Of a stretch of 42,590 bases of DNA, positions 27,009 through 35,496 are shown piece after piece (within the stretch, counting starts at the first letter, position 1; every line of letters begins with the position of its first letter). The stretch is from the NCBI GenBank assembly GCA_051382295.1, contig JBBCAW010000066.1, forward strand, positions 1-42,590. The letters are read 5' to 3'. Below the pieces are notes generated by a model. The model was given only the letters and a program-made list of their open reading frames with translations. It was not told where the DNA came from and did no database searches. The stretch is from Bdellovibrionota bacterium FG-1. Lineage in GTDB: Bacteria; Bdellovibrionota; UBA1018. A program made the position numbers and the translations under genes.

Positions 27009-28583
27009 CTATTTCAAAGCAGCCTCGAATCGCCGCAAATATTCTTCAGGAGGCAGATTGGACTTGTCGATAACCTTTTTGAAGGCGTCATTCGTTTCTG
27101 GTTCTCCTGGGCTGGTAGGTCCGGATTTATGGATTCGACTGATCCATCTCGTCATCGCTTCTTGAACTGAGTGAGCAAATTCTCTGCTCGCAAAACAATT
27201 CCAAAAATCTTGGGAAATTAGGAAACAGGTGTCGTTTTTAGATTTTTTTTCGTGATAAGAAATCCCTTCATCAGCCTGCACCAACTGACGATCTAAAGTC
27301 ATTTGTTGCGCTGGCGAAATCTTGGTTAAAGCCAATGCCTCTAGAAATTCTGGAGTCCAACGTTTGGCAATGGATTGCGCAGATCCAAATGTCAGCAGCA
27401 AAAACGCAAAGCGATCGGGTGGCAATTTGATTTTTGCCGCAGTAGGGGGCGTAAGTGCGGCAGCTTCCTTTTTTCCCGGACGTCCCGGGTTTTCTTTTAT
27501 GCCGGATTGGGGGGCCTGTTCTGTTTGCCCGAGTTGAGGGATTTGGCCAGATCTTTTTTTGCGCGGAACGATTTCTGGTCGTGGGGTTTCTTGGAGAGGT
27601 GGGGATCCCACAGCGACTGGGGGTGCTTCAAGGTTGATGGGAAGTCATCAGAGGCAGCAAGTCCTCTTTGAGGAGTTTTTCAATCTGTGAATGGGTGGCA
27701 GGGGGGGTATCGTGAGTGGGCTTCACTAATTGTTCAAAATGGGAGAGGAGCGCCTGTTTTTTTGATAAGTAGGTCGCTCGTTGATCGGCTGGGATTTTCG
27801 CTTCAAGGGCCTTGAGATTTTCTTCGATCACCGTTCGCGCAAACTCGATTTCATTTTTTTGGGCTGGAGTTCGAATGAGGATAGACTGATGAGCCGCTAA
27901 TGGCGGCTTTTTACGGTCCTGGGTGAGTTGAGTGAGGTTTTTACTTAAGGGAAGTTTAAAACGTTCCATAATCGGCGAGAGTTCATGGGTCAGAAACTGG
28001 GTCATTTCCGCAGGAGAAGGGGCCCAATTGCGTCGTTGGGAGGCTGGAAGGTCAGAGGGCGGCGTCGTGATTTGGTTCCAGTCTGCCAGGGCCCGTTCTA
28101 ATGCCCGTCTGAATTCATTTGCCCGGGTCCGTGGAATGAGTTTGTGATCTCGGGCGGCGTCGATCGCGGTTTTTAGATCTCGCAGAGCCGTCGCTTTCAA
28201 TTGTTCTGACTCCTTGGCGAAGCGCGGAGTTCTCAGCTCGGGTTGGTTTTGAATTTGTCTCCAAGACCGAATGCGAGGGGTGTAATCGACCTTGGGTTCG
28301 GATAGAGGAGGTTGTAAGCGATCGTCAGCTTCCACTTAATGGAATCACAGGCCTCGGGGGCCTCGTCGCAACGGGGAATATCCAGATGGGGAGGGGTATC
28401 GATCTTGTGATAACTTCTCAAAACTGAATACAGGTCACTTGCCAGCGCAGGTGAGGATCCTGCGAGACCCAGTCCTGCTAAAAATGGGAAAAGTTTTAGT
28501 TTTTGGTTACAGCCCTTCACTCTGGGCTCTTCGGTTAAAGGGTTGAAAAGCAAAAGCTTAAAAAGACGTGTGCTGCTTCGCAT
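27009..28583 (-). pseudogene. Three consecutive minus-strand ORFs, probably one fragmented secreted-protein gene
   Basis: ORFs 28583-28233 (signal-like LAGLGLAGSSPALA), 28335-27628 and 27611-27009 lie in alternating frames. The two downstream ORFs have GTG starts with no obvious RBS. Confidence 0.4.
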
Positions 28584-28701
28584 TATTGGTTTTGTGAGGT
28601 TTTGTTGTTAATGTTGATTAAAATGGTCAACACATAAAAATGTTCGTTGATCTCAAAAAACGCAAGAGTTCGCGGCGAAGTCAGAGTATAGGTTATTATA
28701 T

Positions 28702-29268
28702 ATGTTCCGTTTCGTGCTTTTAGGTAGTTTTTTCATTGGACTGCTGTGTCCTTTATTTCTTTCTGCTGCCCCCGTGTTTATTCAGGATATCAACGGGAAA
28801 GAAATTCAGCTTCATGAACGCCCACTGCCACCCTCCTATAACGAATGTCAGTATTGCCATTTCAAGAGGAATCTTCAGTTCATCCGAGGCAAGAAGAAAC
28901 TCACCTTGAATCATACGGATAAATCCTTGATGCATGGGCGCAGCGAGATGTCCTGCAACAACTGTCACGACATTAATCATAACAATTACCTACGGACTAC
29001 CTTGGGGCACCAGGCCAGCTTTGAGAACTCCTCGCCCATTTGCCAGCGTTGCCACGCGGATCGATACCGAAATTGGCTGGGGGGAAACCATGGCAAGCGG
29101 CTGGGTTATTGGAATGGAGCTAAGATTCAGTTTCAGTGTATCGACTGCCACGATCCCCACTCCGTAAAGTTTAAAAAAATGCAGGCTGCGCCGGGCCCTG
29201 TCATTCCAAGGACCGCGATTATTAAAAAGCACGAAGAAAATCACGAAGAAGGTAAAGCGCATGATTAA
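28702..29268 (+). CDS. Periplasmic tetraheme cytochrome c
   Basis: Signal peptide; four CxxCH motifs (CQYCH, CNNCH, CQRCH, CIDCH); W.GG.HGKR.GYWNG. Confidence 0.9.
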   Translation: MFRFVLLGSFFIGLLCPLFLSAAPVFIQDINGKEIQLHERPLPPSYNECQYCHFKRNLQFIRGKKKLTLNHTDKSLMHGRSEMSCNNCHDINHNNYLRTTLGHQASFENSSPICQRCHADRYRNWLGGNHGKRLGYWNGAKIQFQCIDCHDPHSVKFKKMQAAPGPVIPRTAIIKKHEENHEEGKAHD

Positions 29269-30475
29269 GGATTATCTAATATTTTGGGGCTCCATGATCA
29301 AAGAGGCCGTGGTTGGTCCCCCTCGTTATTACGTCTGGCTCGCTTTTCTTTTTCTGATTTTTTCTACCGGCGTGTACTTCTATATTGACCAGGCCATGTA
29401 TGGGTTAATGGTCACCAATATGAGCAACCAGGTCAGCTGGGGCGCCTATATCGCGAATTTCACATTTCTCGTCGGCGTGGCCGCAGCGGCGGTGTTGTTG
29501 ATTGTTCCTTCTTACCTTCATAAGAGCAAAGAACTCAAAGAGGTGGTGCTGTTCGGCGAGTTGCTTGCCCTCTCGGCCATTTTGATGTGCCTGCTTTTTA
29601 TTATGGCTGACCTCGGGCACCCCGAGCGCTTCATGCACTTTACGAAGATCAACTTTCCGCGCTCGATCTTGGCTTGGGACGTGATCGTACTCAACGGCTA
29701 TCTGGTTTTGAATCTTTTCATTCCCACTTACCTGCTTTTTAAAATGTATAAAGGTGAGGAGCCGAATAAGGCGATTTACCTTCCTTTCGTGTTCCTTTCG
29801 ATTGCCTGGGCGGTCAGTATTCACACCGTGACCGCGTTTCTCTACGCCGGTTTGGGTGGACGCCCCTACTGGAACTCCGCCATTCTGGCTCCGCGTTTTC
29901 TGATTAGCGCGTTCGCGGGTGGGCCTGCCATTTTGATGATGATTTTCAAGGCGATCAGTCGCTTCGCGAAATTTACGCCCAAGCCTAAGGTGTTTGAGAC
30001 ATTGACGACCGTCATGACGTACACCTTGCTCACGAACATGTTTCTGTTCGCTTGTGAAATTTATAAGGAGTTTTATACCGACAGCGTCCACGCGGCTTCT
30101 GCTCAGTATTTGCTCTTTGGTTTGTATGGCAAGGGAATGCTACGTCCCTACATCTGGGCAGCATTGATTATGGAAGCGATCTCGGCCGTCATTTTGCTTT
30201 TGCCGAAACTTAGGGCTGACTGGAGGCTGATGTATGTGGCTTGCGTCTTTACGGTCCTGGGTATCTGGATTGAAAAAGGCATGGGTCTGATCATTCCTGG
30301 TTTTATCCCCACCCCGCTTGGAAATTTGGTGGAGTACACGCCTTCTTTACACGAGTTTTTCATCTGTCTCGGAATTTGGGCGTTTGGCGGCATGACTTAT
30401 ACCGTTCTGGCCAAAATCTGCGTCGCTATTCAAACAGGTAAGCTGAGGCATCAGGGATCGAGACCGGAGTCATGA
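29261..30475 (+). CDS. NrfD/PsrC (DsrP/CbcU-like) quinol-interacting membrane subunit
   Basis: VSWGAYIANFTFLVGVAAAAV, ADLGHPER, SIHTVTAFL, APRFLISAF, WIEKGMGLIIPGF; about 10 TM segments. Confidence 0.88.
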   Translation: MIKDYLIFWGSMIKEAVVGPPRYYVWLAFLFLIFSTGVYFYIDQAMYGLMVTNMSNQVSWGAYIANFTFLVGVAAAAVLLIVPSYLHKSKELKEVVLFGELLALSAILMCLLFIMADLGHPERFMHFTKINFPRSILAWDVIVLNGYLVLNLFIPTYLLFKMYKGEEPNKAIYLPFVFLSIAWAVSIHTVTAFLYAGLGGRPYWNSAILAPRFLISAFAGGPAILMMIFKAISRFAKFTPKPKVFETLTTVMTYTLLTNMFLFACEIYKEFYTDSVHAASAQYLLFGLYGKGMLRPYIWAALIMEAISAVILLLPKLRADWRLMYVACVFTVLGIWIEKGMGLIIPGFIPTPLGNLVEYTPSLHEFFICLGIWAFGGMTYTVLAKICVAIQTGKLRHQGSRPES

Positions 30476-31041
30476 GGAGACCCATGAGGAGACTCATGAT
30501 GCGAGTCTTGATGGCGGTTTTATTTCTGGTGTTTTCGGGTCCAGCGCGGTCTGCTGAGATCGCGCATTCTGCCGAGACCACACACACCTATAAAGTAGCC
30601 CCGCGAATTCCGGAGCTGAAGTCATTCCCGTGCGAAAAATGTCATAAGGGCTTCAAGCTCGGCGTTTTAGCGGGCGCAGTGGATTATCCGCACAAAGGGC
30701 TTCCACTGCATCACATGGAAGAGCTGCGTAAATGCACCTTTTGTCATAGCAGCCGGAACCCGAACTTCCTGAACCTTCTGGACGGAGAGTTGGTCAGTTA
30801 CGACGAAAGTTACAAAGTTTGTCAGCAGTGCCATGGTCCCACCGCCTACAATTGGTCGCGTGGAATGCATGGTCGTCTGACCGGGCAGTGGAATGGCGAG
30901 CGCACGATCTATGTCTGCGTGACTTGTCACCAAGCGCACGATCCTAAATTTAAACCCATGGCCCCGGCGGTCGCACCGTTTATGCCGGAAAGAGTGATCA
31001 TTAAAGGAGAACACGATGGCGGACTCCACTCGCACGAATAA
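30472..31041 (+). CDS. Periplasmic tetraheme cytochrome c (paralog of 28702..29268)
   Basis: Signal peptide; CEKCH, CTFCH, CQQCH, CVTCH; W.RG.HGR..GQWNG. Confidence 0.9.
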   Translation: MRRPMRRLMMRVLMAVLFLVFSGPARSAEIAHSAETTHTYKVAPRIPELKSFPCEKCHKGFKLGVLAGAVDYPHKGLPLHHMEELRKCTFCHSSRNPNFLNLLDGELVSYDESYKVCQQCHGPTAYNWSRGMHGRLTGQWNGERTIYVCVTCHQAHDPKFKPMAPAVAPFMPERVIIKGEHDGGLHSHE

Positions 31042-31987
31042 ATCAAAGCAGCAGCTCAAGCCTGAAGATCGCCTTCAGAAAAAAGTTGAAGTGATGTTAG
31101 AGAACCCCGTTGATCGGCGCGCGATGCTCAAGAGCATGGTGTCGGCTGGCGCCATGGGCGCCGCAATTGCGGCAGTTCCCACCAAAGCGGCCGAGGCGAT
31201 GAGCTTCGAGCAGTTTTTCCAGAAGCATTATCTGGAGATGACTCCCGAGGACAAGAAACGCGTTTTTGCCCGTATTGTGAGGGAAGAAGAAAAGGAATAC
31301 GGCGTTAAGATTGACCTCATCGACCCGCCAGTGATTCCCGGTGTGAAGTTTGGATATTTTCTGAATTTGCTCAAATGCAACGGCTCCCGTCGGTGTGTGG
31401 AGGCCTGTCGCAAAGAAAATAATCTCGATTCGACCAATGATAATATCCGGGTGCTAGAGATGGGAACCGGAACCTTCAATCTTGAAAAATCGACTTTGTA
31501 CTACACGGGAGAAATTCCTAAGAAGGGAAAGTTCTACATGCCGGTGCAGTGCCACCAGTGTGATAACCCGCCGTGCGTGAAGGTGTGTCCGGTGACCGCG
31601 ACATGGAAAGAGCCGGACGGGATTGTCGTTATCGATTACGACTGGTGCATTGGTTGCCGGTATTGCCAGGCTGCGTGTCCTTATGAGGCTCGAAGCTTCA
31701 ATTTCCGCAAGCCCGATGTCACCAAAGAGCGCCTCAATCCAAGGCAGGCTTATCTGAGTAACCGGGTTCGTATGAAGGGCGTGATGGAGAAATGCACGTT
31801 CTGTTTGCATCGGTCGCGGAATGGGCAATTTCCAGCTTGCATGGAAGCCTGTCCTACCGGTGCGCGCAAGTTCGGAAATCTCATGGACCCTCAGAGCGAA
31901 GTCGCCAGAATTTTCCGCGAGAAGAAGCTCTTCATTTTAAAGGAGGAGCTCAATACGGTACCGCGGTTCTTTTACTACTTTGAGTAA
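31016..31987 (+). CDS. NrfC/DsrO/CbcT-like multi-[4Fe-4S] subunit with twin-arginine motif
   Basis: DRRAMLK + hydrophobic stretch + AAEA; CNGSRRCVEAC, CHQCDNPPCVKVCP, CIGCRYCQAACP, KCTFC...PACMEACP. Confidence 0.9.
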   Translation: MADSTRTNKSKQQLKPEDRLQKKVEVMLENPVDRRAMLKSMVSAGAMGAAIAAVPTKAAEAMSFEQFFQKHYLEMTPEDKKRVFARIVREEEKEYGVKIDLIDPPVIPGVKFGYFLNLLKCNGSRRCVEACRKENNLDSTNDNIRVLEMGTGTFNLEKSTLYYTGEIPKKGKFYMPVQCHQCDNPPCVKVCPVTATWKEPDGIVVIDYDWCIGCRYCQAACPYEARSFNFRKPDVTKERLNPRQAYLSNRVRMKGVMEKCTFCLHRSRNGQFPACMEACPTGARKFGNLMDPQSEVARIFREKKLFILKEELNTVPRFFYYFE

Positions 31988-31999
31988 TAAGCCCCGATC

Positions 32000-32365
32000 G
32001 TGGCAAACAAGCTCATTCTGATCGTAGAGGACGATGCGGCCATCGTCATGGTGATTTCAGAAATCCTGAAGATTGAGGGCTATTCCGTGGTGGCCGCATC
32101 TGATGGAGAGCAGGGAATCAATTATCTTAGAATGGCTATGGAGCTTCCCTCTTTAGTTCTTCTAGATCTGCGGATGCCGGTCAAAGACGGATATTATTTC
32201 AGGCAGGAGCAGGCGGCTGATCCGAGGCTCGCGGGTGTTCCAGTTATTTTGATGTCGGCCGACGGACAGTTGGACACCTTTCAAATTAATATTGAGTCCG
32301 AACGGCGCATCCGCAAGCCTTTGGACATCAAGGCCCTTCTCGCTGCCGTGAGGCGTTTCGCCTGA
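32000..32365 (+). CDS. Single-domain response regulator (receiver)
   Basis: ILIVEDD, LLDLRMP (phospho-Asp), VILMSA, RKP. Confidence 0.9.
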   Translation: MANKLILIVEDDAAIVMVISEILKIEGYSVVAASDGEQGINYLRMAMELPSLVLLDLRMPVKDGYYFRQEQAADPRLAGVPVILMSADGQLDTFQINIESERRIRKPLDIKALLAAVRRFA

Positions 32366-32393
32366 AAGTGTCGACCGCGAGCCAAGGGCTGTC

Positions 32394-34649
32394 TCATTGC
32401 CGTTCCTTCTGACAACTGCACTCAAGGATGACCGCGCGCACCACAAAAACGAAGAGTGCAAGCACACCGGCCAGAAATACGATATCGGGTCCTATCCGCA
32501 ACCAGGTCACCGTGTGAATAAATTCGGAGGCGGTGACCGCAGGACTACGTGCGTACCAAATTCCATGCCGGATTGATTCCATGAGCTGATAAAATCCTGC
32601 GGGAACCAAACTGATAAGAATCATCCCCATCAGCCCAAGATTGAGCGCCCAAAAGCTAAACTTAAGGAGCTTTTCATTCCAGCTAGAAGGTTTCACAATG
32701 TGGCGCATCGAGAATAGCATCAGGGCGATCGCCAGAAAGCCATACACCCCAAAGAGCGCCGCGTGTGAGTGGATCGGTGTCGTATTCAGACCCTGCGCAT
32801 AATACAATACGATGGGTGGATTGATCAAAAATCCAAAAACTCCTGCCCCCACCAGATTCCAAAAGGCAACCGCAATAAAAAACCAAATCGGCCACTTATA
32901 GGCGTAAGCGGCTCCGCCGGCTTTCAATAATTTAAGATTAGAAAACACCTCAAAGCCCAAAAGAGACAGCGGAACAACTTCAAGGGCCGAAAAAGATGCC
33001 CCTAACGCCGTAATAAAGAGCGGACTTCCTGAAAAATATAAATGATGGAAAGTTCCGATGATGCCACTTCCCAAGTAAAGGACAATGCTGAAATAAACGG
33101 TCGTTAGCGCGACCTTGGCCCGCACCGCACCGATTCGGGACAGGATAAAGGCAAGGGTCACGGTTGCGAACACTTCAAAGAAATTCTCTACCCACAGATG
33201 CACCACCCACCAACGCCAGTAATCCGCTACCGACATATGGGTACCCGGATGATAAAAAAGTCCTACTGAATAAAACACCGGGATGGATACCGCCGCGTAA
33301 AGTAATAGATGAGTCAATCCGCCGGCGTCTTTTTCTGCCTTGAGTGCGGGAGCGATCGATCGATAAACGAGCACCAACCAAAGGATCATTCCCGCGATGA
33401 GCCCGATCTGCCACACTCGTCCCAGTTCAATGTACTCATAACCCTGATGGCCGAACAGAAATCCAAGAAAACCTGAAATCCGCCCCGTGACTCCGAGATA
33501 AGTTCCAGTAAGCGAGCCGACCACGACAACAAACAGGGCGCCCAGTAAAATAGAACTCAACAACGCCTGATGCTTAGGTTCTTTTCCAGACACAAATGGC
33601 CCGATAAATAGGCCTGTTGCAAGCCAAGCCGTGGCAATCCAAAACACAGAAAGTTGAACATGCCAGGTACGAGTCAGAGTATAGGGCGCAATGTTAGACA
33701 TATCAAAGCCCCAAAGTGCATTACCCTCCACCGCATAGTGCCCCGTCAGAGAGCCAAGAATGGTTTGAACCAAAAACAGCAACATAACGACCACAAAGAA
33801 AGCGAGAGTTACTTTTTGACTCGAGGTGGGATGAGGGGTTTCAAAAGCAACCAATTGCGGTTTTTCCTCATCGAGATAACCCGTCCTAACATAGACAAAA
33901 AGAGCCGCGCCGATTCCAAAAATTAAAAGAATCACGCTAAAAATAGACCAAACCAACGCGCTCGGAAGTGGGCGATTCCCTGCAAGCGGATCGAAAGGCC
34001 AATTTGCCGTATAGGTGTAGTCCAAACCAGGACGGTTTGTTCCTGCGGCCCAGGCCGTCCAGAAAAAGAACGTCGTTAAGAGCCGGCCCTCCTCCGCGTT
34101 CTTAACGGTATTGGAAGCAATGGCCATCAGACGGTTTCCCTGACTGAAGAGTTGCGTGTAATAAGAGGTCAGCGCCGAAAAAGCTGCGGTCTGTCCACCA
34201 CTCAGAGTGAGGCTATCCATTTCTCCTTGGTACCGATTGGTCTTCAGTTCGGCCTTAACCTCTGCCTCGACCTTGCCACGGTCACCAGCAGATAAAGCTT
34301 CAAGATCTTTTTGCTCAAAGTGAGCAGCCTGCTCCACACTCAGCCCCCGTTGAATACCGGCCGTAACCAGCGCAATTCGGTGTAAGGCATCCGCAGACCA
34401 GTCCGGGGCAAGATAAGCGCCATGTCCCCAGACACTTCCCATATGCTGGCCACCCCGCCCCAGATAAAGCTTCTGCCCTTCAATAATATCTTCGCCGGTT
34501 GCGAGAATTTTTCCGTCCGCTGCCAAAATCTGACCGGGAATGGGAGGCTTGTTTTGAGAAATCTGTGCCCCGCCAAAAATCAGGACACTAAAGGCAATAA
34601 CCACCGTGAATAGAAGGACCGCTCTGGTTTTAGGATTGGACTGGGGCAT
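32394..34649 (-). CDS. norZ: Quinol-dependent nitric oxide reductase (qNor)
   Basis: GSVWGHGAYLAPDWSAD, YTANWP, RTWHVQL, QGYEYIELGR, WWVVHLWVENFFEVF, GTFHHLY, ALEVVPL, HSHAALFGVYG; AAGGAG RBS. Confidence 0.93.
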   Translation of the reverse strand: MPQSNPKTRAVLLFTVVIAFSVLIFGGAQISQNKPPIPGQILAADGKILATGEDIIEGQKLYLGRGGQHMGSVWGHGAYLAPDWSADALHRIALVTAGIQRGLSVEQAAHFEQKDLEALSAGDRGKVEAEVKAELKTNRYQGEMDSLTLSGGQTAAFSALTSYYTQLFSQGNRLMAIASNTVKNAEEGRLLTTFFFWTAWAAGTNRPGLDYTYTANWPFDPLAGNRPLPSALVWSIFSVILLIFGIGAALFVYVRTGYLDEEKPQLVAFETPHPTSSQKVTLAFFVVVMLLFLVQTILGSLTGHYAVEGNALWGFDMSNIAPYTLTRTWHVQLSVFWIATAWLATGLFIGPFVSGKEPKHQALLSSILLGALFVVVVGSLTGTYLGVTGRISGFLGFLFGHQGYEYIELGRVWQIGLIAGMILWLVLVYRSIAPALKAEKDAGGLTHLLLYAAVSIPVFYSVGLFYHPGTHMSVADYWRWWVVHLWVENFFEVFATVTLAFILSRIGAVRAKVALTTVYFSIVLYLGSGIIGTFHHLYFSGSPLFITALGASFSALEVVPLSLLGFEVFSNLKLLKAGGAAYAYKWPIWFFIAVAFWNLVGAGVFGFLINPPIVLYYAQGLNTTPIHSHAALFGVYGFLAIALMLFSMRHIVKPSSWNEKLLKFSFWALNLGLMGMILISLVPAGFYQLMESIRHGIWYARSPAVTASEFIHTVTWLRIGPDIVFLAGVLALFVFVVRAVILECSCQKERQ

Positions 34650-34730
34650 AGGACTCCTTGCGAGGTCTTAATGCGGAATAGAACCGCCCGTAAAATGGTT
34701 GAATTCTATTGTTACACCCGCCTTCTTGTT

Positions 34731-34756
34731 AATTAAAGAAAAAACTTTCTTTAATT
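34731..34756. promoter_or_regulatory. Perfect palindromic operator between qNor and Rrf2
   Basis: AATTAAAGAAA-AAAC-TTTCTTTAATT (11-4-11 perfect inverted repeat). Confidence 0.7.
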
Positions 34757-34834
34757 CCGTTATTCAGAAAATCAACTCAAGTTGCACATGAAGCGCCCTT
34801 TTAAAAGAACGTCATCCAAGGTAAGGTCCCGAAT

Positions 34835-35245
34835 ATGCTTCGCTATGGAAAAATGGTGCAAACCGCAGTTTCGGTGACGAGTCGGCTGGCTGAACTCTAT
34901 GATAAAAAGGAACTGGTCGTTTCATCCCTCGATATTGCGAAGGTCCGAAATATTCCAAAACCAGCTGTGGCAAAGGTGCTCACGATTCTCGCAAAACATG
35001 GGCTCGTTAACGGTGCCCCTGGTCCCGGCGGGGGCTATCGCCTGGCGAAAAAGCCTCACGAAATATCACTTTTTGATATCGTTACTATTTTTGAAAAAAC
35101 CCCGGGTCGGCCCTGTCCGCTCGGGCCCAATGCCTGTGGCACGGGTGAACCTTGCGCTCTTCATGGTCGATTTACGCGCGTCCTTGAGCAAAATGAGCAC
35201 TTTTTAAAGTCCACTCACTTTGGCTTATTCAAGAAACACGGGTAG
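34835..35245 (+). CDS. Rrf2-family Fe-S transcriptional regulator
   Basis: IPKPAVAKVL, GPGGGYRLAK, ISLFDIV, CPLGPNACGTGEPCALH (three Cys + His). Confidence 0.9.
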   Translation: MLRYGKMVQTAVSVTSRLAELYDKKELVVSSLDIAKVRNIPKPAVAKVLTILAKHGLVNGAPGPGGGYRLAKKPHEISLFDIVTIFEKTPGRPCPLGPNACGTGEPCALHGRFTRVLEQNEHFLKSTHFGLFKKHG

Positions 35246-35252
35246 TCGTTTC

Positions 35253-35407
35253 AAAACTGGTCCCTCACTCTAGGTTCTCTAGACGGTAACTTTGCGAAGT
35301 TTTAGGAAAATATCTGTTTCTGGTTAAAAACTTTAGCTGGTTTTAATGATTTTGTTTAAATATCAGTTATTTGCATTACTTAAAACCTAGGCAAGGGGAC
35401 CAGTTTT
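35253..35407. mobile_element. REP/MITE-like element with 24-bp imperfect terminal inverted repeats
   Basis: AAAACTGGTCCCTCACTCTAGGTT (35253-35276) versus AACCTAGGCAAGGGGACCAGTTTT (35384-35407), 19/24 complementary, enclosing an AT-rich non-coding core. Confidence 0.5.
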
Positions 35408-35417
35408 ATCCAGATGC

Positions 35418-35463
35418 AAAAACCCCCAGATGCGAAGAGTCTTCGCGATCCAGGGTTTTTTTT
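35418..35463. terminator. Bidirectional rho-independent terminator
   Basis: AAAAACCC...GCGAAG-AGT-CTTCGC...GGGTTTTTTTT hairpin between convergent genes. Confidence 0.65.
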
Positions 35464-35496
35464 ACTCACTCAGTCTCGTAGGACTCAGTCTTGAGT

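Noticed and set aside
28702..31987. DsrMKJOP (sulfate reduction) or alternative complex III
   Set aside because: No dsrM/dsrK/dsrAB, and no ActB molybdopterin-like domain or ActD/E/F in the cluster.
32394..34649. Nitric oxide dismutase (Nod) instead of qNor
   Set aside because: It keeps the canonical qNor ligands (HLWVE..FE, GTFHH, LEVVP, HSH) rather than the substitutions typical of Nod.
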